The position numbers were made by a program, and so were the translations under genes. A stretch of 50,811 nucleotides of DNA from Sphingomonadales bacterium (GTDB lineage: Bacteria > Pseudomonadota > Alphaproteobacteria > Sphingomonadales > Sphingomonadaceae), in contig JANLSY010000185.1 in NCBI GenBank assembly GCA_031362665.1, positions 1 to 50,811 of the forward strand, given 5' to 3'. Under the pieces are notes generated by a model. It was given only the letters and a program-made list of their open reading frames with translations. It was not told the origin of the DNA and ran no database searches. Of this stretch, positions 37,221 through 50,811 are shown in pieces. Every line of letters starts with the position of its first letter. The first letter of the stretch is position 1.

Positions 37221-38687
37221 TCAATAATTGTAGGCGCGCTCACCATGCGAGGAGAGGTCGAGGCCTTCGCGCTCTGCATCTTCGCTCGGACGCAGACCGA
37301 TGGTCTTGTCGATGATGAAGAACAGGACGGCAGAGCCAATACCTGACCAAAGGAGCGTTACCGCCACCGCCTTGATCTGCGTGATTACTTGGCCTGCCAT
37401 GTCATATTCACCAGCCTTCGCAACCGCAGCGGTGTAATCGATCCAGCCCTGACCCCCCAGGGCTGGATCGGCCACGATACCAGTGGCAATCGCCCCCACG
37501 ATGCCGCCGATGCAGTGAATTCCGAACACGTCGAGCGTGTCGTCATATTTCAGCTTGTTCTTCACCGTCGAGACGAAAAGGTAGCAGATGGGTGACACCA
37601 CAAAGCCAAGGATAATCGCGGTACCCGGATGCGCAAAGCCCGATGCCGGCGTGATTGCAACTAGCCCCGCAACGGCTCCAGAAACCGCGCCCAGTAGCGA
37701 CGGACGGCCATGCTTGACCTGCTCGACAATCGCCCAACTAACCGCAGCAGCAGCGGTAGCGACGAAAGTGTTGATGAAAGCGACGGCGGTGATGCCGTTG
37801 GCTTCGAGGTTCGAACCAGCGTTGAAGCCGAACCAGCCGACCCAGAGGAGCGAAGCACCGATCATCGTCATAGTCAGGCTGTGCGGCGGCGTGGCTTCCT
37901 TGCCAAATCCGATTCGCTTGCCAATCATCAGGCAGCCGACAAGGCCAGCAATACCCGCATTGATGTGGACGACGGTGCCGCCCGCAAAGTCAAGCGCGCC
38001 CCATCCCCAGAGCAGCCCCATGTCGTCGGGCGCACTGACGAGGAAGTCGGGTCCGGCCCAATACCAGACCATATGTGCAATCGGGAAATAGACGACGGTC
38101 AGCCAGAGCACCGTGAACACCATCAAGGAGCTGAATTTCACCCGTTCGGCAAAGGCCCCAACGATTAGTGCAGGCGTAATGCAGGCAAAGGTCATCTGGA
38201 ATATGATGAAAACATACTCAGGCAGATAAACGCCGTTGGAGAAGGTCGCGGCGAGCGTTGACGCGTCTACGCCCATCAACAGCACCTTGTCAAAGCTGCC
38301 GACATAGGGGCTGCCACTGGTAAAGGCCATCGAATAGCCCCAGCCTACCCAGACCAATGCCGCGATGCTGACGATCATGAAGACCTGCATAAGCACGCTG
38401 AGCATGTTCTTGGTGCGGACAAGCCCGCCGTAGAACAAGGCGAGCGCCGGAACGGACATCATCAGGACGAGTACCGAAGATGTCAGCATCCATGCCGTGT
38501 CACCTTTGTTGACCATTTCGGCGGTCGGAACGAATGCAGCAGCGGCGGCAGGTGCCGCCTCGGTCACTGCTGTCGTTGCAGCGGCTGCACCTTCGGCTGC
38601 TTTTTCCGCAACCTCCTGCGCAAAGGCGGGAAGGCTTGCGAACAATGTCGCCCCCGCCGCACCTAGTAATTTCAATGTTTTGGACAT
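37221..38687 (-). CDS. amtB: Ammonium transporter
   Basis: FYGGLVR, FQMTFA, DFAGGTVVHINAG, WFGFNAGS, DDTLDVFGIH; signal peptide. Confidence 0.98.
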   Translation of the reverse strand: MSKTLKLLGAAGATLFASLPAFAQEVAEKAAEGAAAATTAVTEAAPAAAAAFVPTAEMVNKGDTAWMLTSSVLVLMMSVPALALFYGGLVRTKNMLSVLMQVFMIVSIAALVWVGWGYSMAFTSGSPYVGSFDKVLLMGVDASTLAATFSNGVYLPEYVFIIFQMTFACITPALIVGAFAERVKFSSLMVFTVLWLTVVYFPIAHMVWYWAGPDFLVSAPDDMGLLWGWGALDFAGGTVVHINAGIAGLVGCLMIGKRIGFGKEATPPHSLTMTMIGASLLWVGWFGFNAGSNLEANGITAVAFINTFVATAAAAVSWAIVEQVKHGRPSLLGAVSGAVAGLVAITPASGFAHPGTAIILGFVVSPICYLFVSTVKNKLKYDDTLDVFGIHCIGGIVGAIATGIVADPALGGQGWIDYTAAVAKAGEYDMAGQVITQIKAVAVTLLWSGIGSAVLFFIIDKTIGLRPSEDAEREGLDLSSHGERAYNY

Positions 38688-38719
38688 TTTATGGTTCCCC
38701 TAGCTTATTGGATATCGCG

Positions 38720-39058
38720 TCAAAGCGCGGTTTCGTTGGTGTCGCCGGTGCGGATGCGTAACGCTCCGGCAAGTTCAAATTCGAATATCTTGCCATCGCC
38801 GATCGCGCCGGTTTCAGCGGCGTGTTGGATGGCTTCGATGATGGCTGCGGATTGGTCGGAGGGGCAAGCCACCTCGATCTTGACCTTGGGCACCATATTG
38901 GTCGCATATTCCGCGCCGCGATAAATTTCGGTCTGGCCCTTTTGCCGTCCGAAGCCCTTGACCTCGGTCACGGTCATGCCAGACACGCCGAGCGCCGTCA
39001 GCGCTTCTCGGACCGGGTCGAGTTTGTGCGGCTTGATAATGGCAATAATATATTTCAT
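38720..39058 (-). CDS. glnK: P-II nitrogen regulatory protein
   Basis: KGFGRQKGQTEIYRGAEY (T-loop Tyr), GDGKIF, RIRTG; directly upstream of amtB. Confidence 0.96.
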   Translation of the reverse strand: MKYIIAIIKPHKLDPVREALTALGVSGMTVTEVKGFGRQKGQTEIYRGAEYATNMVPKVKIEVACPSDQSAAIIEAIQHAAETGAIGDGKIFEFELAGALRIRTGDTNETAL

Positions 39059-39090
39059 GCACACCCCCCGTTTTGGTTGTGCAGTGCAAT

Positions 39091-39107
39091 ATGCAAACGC
39101 CGTGCCA
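39091..39107 (-). promoter_or_regulatory. Sigma54 (-24/-12) promoter of glnK-amtB
   Basis: Minus strand TGGCACGGCGTTTGCAT = TGGCAC-N5-TTGC consensus. Confidence 0.9.
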
Positions 39108-39180
39108 GAATCGCATGAAGCTGTATTTGTTGGAATTGCGGCAGTTATATGCGGCCAAACGCAATCCCATCCAATATTTT

Positions 39181-39228
39181 TTGCCTAATATTTAATCAGT
39201 CTTTGGTGCATGATTAAATATTAGGCAA
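39181..39228. promoter_or_regulatory. Paired NtrC-like enhancer sites forming a perfect 18-bp inverted repeat
   Basis: TTGCCTAATATTTAATCA-N12-TGATTAAATATTAGGCAA; each arm resembles TGC-N11-GCA; 75-120 bp upstream of the sigma54 promoter. Confidence 0.7.
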
Positions 39229-39933
39229 TCAGTCCAGCCCTAGATTGGCCCAGATCGGAAGATGGTCGGACGCGCGTTGGGATAACGAAGAAATATGGAC
39301 TCCTTGCCCCTCGACCGAAATGTCGTGGCTCACGATGATGCGGTCCAAATGCGCGACCGGCCGGGAGCTGTGGAAGCTTTTCGGAGTCTTGATAATCCGG
39401 TGATGATGAAAGGCAAATTCGGACAGTGCGCCGCGGTCGGACCATTGGTTGAAATCGCCCATGATAATGGTCGGCAGGTGGCGCGGAGCAGCATCGATAT
39501 GCGCAAGTATCGCCCGCACCTGCCGCCGCCGCCAAAGCCCGGACAGGTCGAGATGGACGCCAATTATACGAAACTGGCGACCCTCCAGCGTACAATGGGC
39601 CTCAACCGCGCCGCGCGGCTCAAGCATCGGTAAGTCAAGAGGATGTGCATGGTTTGCTTCGATGCCCTTACGAACAAGGATGGCATTACCGTGCCAACCA
39701 ATGCTGCCCGGCCGGATATTGAAGGAGACTGGATGCCACGGCGTTTCGGCCTCGATCAGAGAGGCGGGCAGGCAACTTTCGCGCGAGCCGAAACGACGGT
39801 CAGCCTCCTGCAGGGTTATGACATCGGCGTCGATTTCGTTCAGTACCTTTAGGATGCGGTCGGGATTGCGCTTCTGATCAAGGCCGACGCATTTGCGGAT
39901 ATTGTAGGTCGCGACCTTTAACGGCAGCGTCAT
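39229..39933 (-). CDS. Endonuclease/exonuclease/phosphatase (EEP) family protein
   Basis: VATYNI, LQEAD, MGDFN, LDRI, SDHLP. Confidence 0.92.
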   Translation of the reverse strand: MTLPLKVATYNIRKCVGLDQKRNPDRILKVLNEIDADVITLQEADRRFGSRESCLPASLIEAETPWHPVSFNIRPGSIGWHGNAILVRKGIEANHAHPLDLPMLEPRGAVEAHCTLEGRQFRIIGVHLDLSGLWRRRQVRAILAHIDAAPRHLPTIIMGDFNQWSDRGALSEFAFHHHRIIKTPKSFHSSRPVAHLDRIIVSHDISVEGQGVHISSLSQRASDHLPIWANLGLD

Positions 39934-40142
39934 GCGATGTTTGCTTCGTTCAGCAATTCGGCAGCCTCGTCATAATCCTCATCCAGCACCATTAGCCGCA
40001 CCGGAATGGCAAACGCCGCACTATCGGCAATGTTCATTCCGCCGTCGAACGTAACCGCGCCCAGCCCGTGCGATTCGAGGAACGTCCGGGCTATTTCGGC
40101 AGCCATCGATGATGGGTAGCGAGCGAGTTCGACCAATGCCAC
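39930..40142 (-). CDS. DUF2007-like small protein
   Basis: AEIARTFLESHGL..VRLMVLDEDYDEAAELL pattern; overlaps the downstream start. Confidence 0.8.
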   Translation of the reverse strand: MALVELARYPSSMAAEIARTFLESHGLGAVTFDGGMNIADSAAFAIPVRLMVLDEDYDEAAELLNEANIA

Positions 40143-40145
40143 AGA

Positions 40146-40706
40146 TTATTGGGCGGGACCGAAATAGCGATCGGTCACGCGCGTGGGAATGCCATCGATG
40201 CTCTTGGTCCTGCCTCGCGCCTTTGCCATCCAAGCCTCTTCATCCATCCCGGCATGTGCCTTTTGCAGCGTTTCGCGCTCGCGGTCGAACGCCATAAACG
40301 GCACACCCCAACCACAGCTAGTCTGCACGTTTTCGATATCGATAACGAAGATCTGCCGTGTGCCGGGGAGGAGCGTGAAATGCGCGACCAGCCCCTCCCA
40401 CTCGGCATCCTGCGGCAAAACCGCGCGACCCCGTCCATATATCCGCAAGATCAACGCGGGCCGGTCGAAATTGCAGAACATCAAGGTGATGCGGCCATCA
40501 ACCGACAGATGTGCATGAGTTTCATTTCCCGATCCACCCAGATCGAGATAGGCGACGCGGGTCGCCGACAGCACGCGAAACGCATCATAACCCTTGGGCG
40601 AAAGGTTGATCCGTCCATCGGCAGCGGCGGTCGCGGTGAAGAAAACCGGCTGCTTACCGATCATCTCGATATGCTTCTCGGTCAGGGTGTCGGTAAACTC
40701 GGCCAT
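40146..40706 (-). CDS. Pyridoxamine 5'-phosphate oxidase-like FMN-binding protein
   Basis: FFTATA..INLSPKG, YLDLGGSGNET, QTSCGWGVP. Confidence 0.88.
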   Translation of the reverse strand: MAEFTDTLTEKHIEMIGKQPVFFTATAAADGRINLSPKGYDAFRVLSATRVAYLDLGGSGNETHAHLSVDGRITLMFCNFDRPALILRIYGRGRAVLPQDAEWEGLVAHFTLLPGTRQIFVIDIENVQTSCGWGVPFMAFDRERETLQKAHAGMDEEAWMAKARGRTKSIDGIPTRVTDRYFGPAQ

Positions 40707-40742
40707 GCATAATACTTGGCCGAATTGCTCGGGAAGCGCAAC

Positions 40743-41948
40743 CTAGCAGGAGGTGCCGGGAATCGGAATTCCCATCGGTCCTTTGCATTTTTTCTTTGGC
40801 TGCGGCTTGGGCGCCCCACCTTCTTCCGCATCGTCCATGCCTTGCATGCCAGCCATTCCGCCCATTCCGGTCATGAAGCTGCTGAAGGCGCGGAACCGCA
40901 CTTTCGCGGTCCAGTCGATATTCCATGTGGCTTTGGGGTCGGCGGGCTTGGGCGGGAAGGAAAAATTCTCCTCGGGTCCGAAGGCGTTCATGCTGCCGAA
41001 CATCATGCCCCCGGCTGCGGCTTTGGCTTCTGCAGGAATGGCGCAGCTCTTCTGGGTCGGCGGCATTACATTTTTCGCGGTGATTTGCCGCGCGACCTCG
41101 GCCGGCGACAGCCAGTCCATGCCAAGCCCGGAATCGCGATTATTGGCGGACGTCCACATCACCATATCGCCGCCCTGCCCCGCCCCCTGCATACCGCCCA
41201 TCGCCCAGGCGATATAGCCGGTCGCGGTCGGTACTGAATTCCAGCCGAGCAGAATTGCACCCATCTGCTCCATCGGGTTGACCTTGAGCGAGGCCATATA
41301 ATCATTGGCGACTGCAAATTTGATTTCGGGCGTGAAGCCGCTCGCAATGCGGTGATCGCCGCGCAGCGATGAGCCCGATTTGGGCTGCTTGCCGTTCGAG
41401 CCATTGGGCCACCAAGCCGCATTGGCATCGCGCGCCGCAGCCGCCGCCTGATAGCCCCGCATTTGCGCCGGCATGCCCGCGGGCATTTGCGCGGTCGGCA
41501 TTTTGGCAAAATCGATGATGAAAGGCTGGCCTTTGGGCGCTTTTGCATAACAGCCCCAGAACATCAGCAAGCGGCCCTTGGGCTTTTCCATACTGCGCGG
41601 ATCATAATCGCGCTCGACCTTTGCGGGCTTACCGGGCGAATCACCAAGCAAGGGAACCGATTTCCCCATTTTTGCGGTTGGCATGAAGAAATGGTCGCCT
41701 TTTTCGGGTTGGGTCGGTGCAGGCGTCGCCGAAGTCAGCCGCAAGTCGAGCACATAATTATCGCCGCCGCCGCCCATCAGGCTTCCCAAACCGCCGCCCA
41801 TCATCGCGCCCATTCCCATGCCAGACATGGTCGACACATCCATCGCATAAGTCGCTTTGGGGCCTGTGGTTTTCTGGGCTGAACCGGGAACGGAAATGAT
41901 GGCGACACTGATCGCGGCCAGTGATGCAAAACGGGTAATGGAACGCAT
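40743..41948 (-). CDS. Secreted hypothetical protein with Met/Gly-rich tracts
   Basis: Signal peptide, SD AAGGAG; no family recognised. Confidence 0.8.
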   Translation of the reverse strand: MRSITRFASLAAISVAIISVPGSAQKTTGPKATYAMDVSTMSGMGMGAMMGGGLGSLMGGGGDNYVLDLRLTSATPAPTQPEKGDHFFMPTAKMGKSVPLLGDSPGKPAKVERDYDPRSMEKPKGRLLMFWGCYAKAPKGQPFIIDFAKMPTAQMPAGMPAQMRGYQAAAAARDANAAWWPNGSNGKQPKSGSSLRGDHRIASGFTPEIKFAVANDYMASLKVNPMEQMGAILLGWNSVPTATGYIAWAMGGMQGAGQGGDMVMWTSANNRDSGLGMDWLSPAEVARQITAKNVMPPTQKSCAIPAEAKAAAGGMMFGSMNAFGPEENFSFPPKPADPKATWNIDWTAKVRFRAFSSFMTGMGGMAGMQGMDDAEEGGAPKPQPKKKCKGPMGIPIPGTSC

Positions 41949-42049
41949 GTCTGAACTCCTTCAGCTCCGGAAAGGTGTTTCCGGACAAACATGCGACCCG
42001 ATTCTTCTTATGCTTTAGGTATATGCCTCTCAAAATTCAGCGCAAGTGC

Positions 42050-47366
<5,317 letters not shown>

Positions 47367-47379
47367 AAAGGACAGAACG

Positions 47380-47838
47380 ATGACCGACGTGAATGACACA
47401 CTCCCCGGCGTCAATGTGCTCGACAGCGAAGGCAATGCCGTCAATCTTGCTGCGCTCGAAGGCCCGCTGGTGCTCTATTTCTACCCAAAGGCCGATACGC
47501 CGGGTTGCACGAACGAAGCGAAAGATTTCACGGCGCTGGCGGGCGAGTTCGCGAAGATCGGCTGTCCGGTGTACGGCATGTCAAAGGACAAACCCGCCAA
47601 GCTGGCGAAATTTGTGGCGAAATATGATCTCAATGTCACTCTGCTGTCCGACGAAACGACTGACGCGACCGAACAGATGGGCGCTTGGGTCGAAAAATCG
47701 ATGTACGGCAAAAGTTATATGGGCATCGACCGATCTACGTATCTTGTCGGCAAGGACGGCAAAGTCAAACAGGTTTGGCGCAAAGTGAAGGTCAAAGACC
47801 ACGTCGCGCAAGTGCTGGCTGCGGCGCAGGCGCTCTAA
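47380..47838 (+). CDS. bcp: Peroxiredoxin Bcp
   Basis: LYFYPKADTPGCTNEA, KSMYGKSYMGIDRSTY; ATG 47380 after AAGGA. Confidence 0.93.
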   Translation: MTDVNDTLPGVNVLDSEGNAVNLAALEGPLVLYFYPKADTPGCTNEAKDFTALAGEFAKIGCPVYGMSKDKPAKLAKFVAKYDLNVTLLSDETTDATEQMGAWVEKSMYGKSYMGIDRSTYLVGKDGKVKQVWRKVKVKDHVAQVLAAAQAL

Positions 47839-48234
47839 CAACGCCCGCCCTGTCCGCCTCGGCAATATTTGCCGGTCATCGGCAGCAGATGATTCGGGCT
47901 TCGCGCGCGCCTTGAATCGCACCAAAACCCGGGAATTTTTTGCCCTAAAGCGGGAACAAATCGGCTTGTCACACGTTGGGTCAAGACCAAGCTGTTACCA
48001 ATACCATACTGGAAAGTGCCGCTAATCCGCCACTTTCGAGGGGCCTTTGTGCCCCCTTTCAACGACTCGCCGCGTTTGAACGCCGGTTTGTCCCGCGAAT
48101 ATGTCGCGTAGGTTGCAATGCCCGGAACTCTCCGTCACCTAAGCTTCACATAAGGGGTGGGCAGATAAACTGCCTTTGTAAAAACTTCGGGGCTGCGCAG
48201 TAGCGTGGGTCGCAACAAAAGGTAACTACACGCT

Positions 48235-48957
48235 ATGGTATGCAGCGCTTTGGCTATTCGCCAATCACTGACCCTCAAAGCTGTAACAACGCTAAGCATT
48301 ATGGTCGCCGCTTCGGCAATGACCCCTGCTTACGCAAATTCCGCAGCCAATGCCTCAGACACTTTCCGCGTAAAGCCGGAAGATTTGAAAGCGAGCCAGA
48401 CTGCTTTGGGCGTTTCCGACCCGGAATTCCGTGCGCTGGCCGATAGTTGGGGCAAGATTAACGGCGCGGTTACCAAGATAGAAGTTGCCGTTCCTTCAAT
48501 CAATCCCGTTGACATCATGAAATTTTCTAGCGGGTTCGGCTATCGCAGCGCACCGACGCGCGGAGCCAGCCGCAACCACAAGGGTCTCGATATTCCCGGC
48601 CCCGTCGGTACACCGATTTATGCGACTGCCGATGGCACGATCGGTCGCGCGCAATGGGTCGGCGGTTATGGGAAATTTGTCGAAATCAATCACGGCAACG
48701 CTGTGCAGACCCGTTATGGCCATCTGTCGGCAATGAACGTCGTTCCCGGCCAGCGCATTCGTAAGGGTGACGTGCTGGGATATATGGGCTCTACGGGTCG
48801 CTCTACCGGAAGCCATTTGCACTATGAAGTCCGCATCGCAGGCGAAGCCATCAATCCGACGGCTTTCCTCTCACCGGTCGCCGCAACTTCAAACCTCTTG
48901 CTTGCTGCCAAAACACCTGATAGCAAAGCCATAGGCGGACCAGCTGAAGACGAGTAA
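48235..48957 (+). CDS. M23 family metallopeptidase, exported
   Basis: HKGLD and HLH Zn motifs, GSTGRSTG; N-terminal signal-like segment. Confidence 0.92.
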   Translation: MVCSALAIRQSLTLKAVTTLSIMVAASAMTPAYANSAANASDTFRVKPEDLKASQTALGVSDPEFRALADSWGKINGAVTKIEVAVPSINPVDIMKFSSGFGYRSAPTRGASRNHKGLDIPGPVGTPIYATADGTIGRAQWVGGYGKFVEINHGNAVQTRYGHLSAMNVVPGQRIRKGDVLGYMGSTGRSTGSHLHYEVRIAGEAINPTAFLSPVAATSNLLLAAKTPDSKAIGGPAEDE

Positions 48958-49002
48958 GCTAACCGGCTAAACGCATCACCTTTGGGAGAGGGTGTAAATT
49001 TG

Positions 49003-49039
49003 GGGGCTGGTAGCGGAAACGCTACCGCCCCTTTTCTTT
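49003..49039 (+). terminator. Intrinsic terminator after M23
   Basis: GGGGC-T-GGTAGCG-GAAA-CGCTACC-GCCCC-TTTTCTTT. Confidence 0.88.
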
Positions 49040-49066
49040 ATCTGCTGTCGGGCCTACATGAGCTAT

Positions 49067-49402
49067 ATGACCGAACCCCAAGTCATTTCCATGACAGAAA
49101 ATGCCGCGCGCCGCGTCGCCGAAATTGCCGTTAAGCTAGGCAAGCCACCGGTGTTGCGTCTATCGGTCGAAGGTGGCGGATGTTCGGGGTTCCAGTATAA
49201 ATTCGGAATGGCGGAAACGGTTGAAGCCGACGATATCCGCGCCGAGGGCGCAGGCGCGTCGCTCGTGGTCGATCCGATCAGTCTTGATCTGGTGCGCGGT
49301 TCGGCAATCGATTTCGTAGAGTCTCTCGGCGGCAAAAGCTTTCAGGTGACCAATCCGCAGGCACAATCGGGTTGCGGTTGCGGTTCCAGTTTTTCGGTTT
49401 GA
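49067..49402 (+). CDS. erpA: Fe-S cluster insertion protein (ErpA/IscA/HesB family)
   Basis: VEGGGCSGFQY and CGCGSSF. Confidence 0.9.
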   Translation: MTEPQVISMTENAARRVAEIAVKLGKPPVLRLSVEGGGCSGFQYKFGMAETVEADDIRAEGAGASLVVDPISLDLVRGSAIDFVESLGGKSFQVTNPQAQSGCGCGSSFSV

Positions 49403-49433
49403 TGCGATAGCCGTCGCCCGCTAGGGTCACGCG

Positions 49434-50213
49434 ATGCGTATCGCGACCTACAATATCAACGGCGTCAAAGCCCGCCTGCCCCGCCTGCTTGAATGGCTGG
49501 AGGAAACCAAGCCCGATATTGCCTGCCTGCAGGAAGTGAAGTCACAGGATGACGGCTTCCCGGTCGCCGAGTTTGAACGTGCGGGCTATGGCGCGATCTG
49601 GCATGGACAGAAGGCGTTCAACGGCGTCGCAATCCTCGCGCGGGACGCGCAGCCTTTAGAGGCGCAGCGTACACTCCCCGGCGACCCCGAGGATGAGCAT
49701 GCGCGCTATCTGGAGGCCGATGTCTTCGGCATTCGCGTCGCCACCATTTACCTGCCCAACGGCAATCCGCAACCGGGGCCGAAATTCGACTACAAGCTCG
49801 ATTGGATGCGCCGGTTGCAGACGCGCGCTGCAGAGTTGCTAAAGAATGAAATCCCGACGGTGCTTGCAGGCGACTATAATGTCATTCCCACACGCAACGA
49901 CATTTGGTCAGCATCCGCGATGCTGGACGATGCGCTGCGTCAGCCCGAAAGCATCGCCGCCTATCGCACACTCCTTGGCCAGGGCTGGACCGACGCATTG
50001 GCAACGCATTATCCGCAAGGCGGCATCTGGACCTATTGGGATTTCCAGGCGGGCGCATGGCAGCGTGATCACGGCTTTCGCATCGATCATTTGCTGCTGA
50101 GCCCAGCAGTAGCGGACAGACTCATGTCTTGCGGCGTCGACAAGGAGCATCGCGGCCGCGAAAAGGCGAGCGATCACGCGCCGACATGGATCGAACTGAC
50201 CGACGAAAAGTAA
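49434..50213 (+). CDS. xth: Exodeoxyribonuclease III
   Basis: ATYNING, LQEVK, YLPNG, GDYN, RIDH, SDHAP. Confidence 0.96.
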   Translation: MRIATYNINGVKARLPRLLEWLEETKPDIACLQEVKSQDDGFPVAEFERAGYGAIWHGQKAFNGVAILARDAQPLEAQRTLPGDPEDEHARYLEADVFGIRVATIYLPNGNPQPGPKFDYKLDWMRRLQTRAAELLKNEIPTVLAGDYNVIPTRNDIWSASAMLDDALRQPESIAAYRTLLGQGWTDALATHYPQGGIWTYWDFQAGAWQRDHGFRIDHLLLSPAVADRLMSCGVDKEHRGREKASDHAPTWIELTDEK

Positions 50214-50217
50214 CTAT

Positions 50218-50233
50218 TGTAGCAGTCGCTACA
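50218..50233. promoter_or_regulatory. Palindromic operator candidate
   Basis: TGTAGC-AGTC-GCTACA upstream of two membrane-protein genes. Confidence 0.5.
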
Positions 50234-50272
50234 TTTTGTTAGAGGATGTCCATCGCTGGAAGGATATTCTTC

Positions 50273-50686
50273 ATGTCTGATGACGCCGCCAACCGAATAG
50301 GCCTTTCTAATCAGCAGACTGTGCTGCTCATCGTTATTGGTGGTATTTTGTGGTTCTTGGCCGCGATCATCCTGCGTTTGCTTTCTCCGATGGGTGCACT
50401 GGAAGGTTCCGGCCGCTTTATCACTTACGCACTCGTCATTCCGGGGACGCTGCCTTTTGTTATTCTGACCAAGATGATTGTGAAGCTACTTCCTCATCAA
50501 CTTTTCACTGGCATCGCGGTGGCAACGACAACTGCGTTGCTGATCGATGGCATTGTCATCGCTTGGTTCCCGGCAGTCTATGGCGGGGCGTTGCCGCAAG
50601 TCACTAACTGTGCGGCCGCAATCTTATGGGGCGCCGGGGTCGGACTGGTGCTGGCATTCATATTGAACAAGGGAGCAAGTAAATGA
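50273..50686 (+). CDS. Four-TM hypothetical membrane protein
   Basis: Four hydrophobic segments; ATG 50273 after GAAGGA (ORF track starts at 50246). Confidence 0.8.
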   Translation: MSDDAANRIGLSNQQTVLLIVIGGILWFLAAIILRLLSPMGALEGSGRFITYALVIPGTLPFVILTKMIVKLLPHQLFTGIAVATTTALLIDGIVIAWFPAVYGGALPQVTNCAAAILWGAGVGLVLAFILNKGASK

Positions 50687-50811
50687 ACCTATTTCGAATA
50701 TTGCTGATCGTGATCATTGCGACAATCGGCATTTACACCGTCAACGTCATTGCAAATCACGGGTGGGGCCTGCTGCCTATATTCTATGGCGACATCGCGA
50801 AAATGGGATGG
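50683..50811 (+). CDS. Hypothetical membrane protein, truncated by window end
   Basis: ATGA overlap with the previous stop; reads MNLFRILLIVIIATIGIYTVNVIANHGWGLLPIFYGDIAKMGW without a stop. Confidence 0.7.
   Translation, partial: MNLFRILLIVIIATIGIYTVNVIANHGWGLLPIFYGDIAKMGW

Overview
Chromosomal window from an alphaproteobacterium, most likely a Sphingomonadaceae member (inferred from gene content, gltD-gltB order and many apparently leaderless genes). 1-11.8 kb is a beta-glucan (laminarin-type) utilisation locus: flavin-dependent 'tryptophan' halogenase (partial), TonB-dependent receptor, GH16, LacI, two MFS transporters and GH3, with three matching lacO-like operators. The rest is mostly housekeeping: sdaA, uppP, gltDB, DUF885, phoA, coq7-dsbB-ctpA-envC-rlmH-rsfS-nadD-proA, an M23-bactofilin pair, sigma54/NtrC-type glnK-amtB, tldD, tgt-glnE-bcp, M23, erpA, xth. 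I saw no mobile elements, CRISPR, tRNA or rRNA. Best candidates for new biology: (i) an anti-Shine-Dalgarno (CUCC-loop) sRNA in the amtB 3' UTR, (ii) a four-hairpin structured RNA at 23552-23683, (iii) a halogenase sharing operators with a sugar regulon, (iv) a bactofilin with three SD-equipped starts behind a GANTC-rich promoter. All calls come from reading the sequence; no searches were run.
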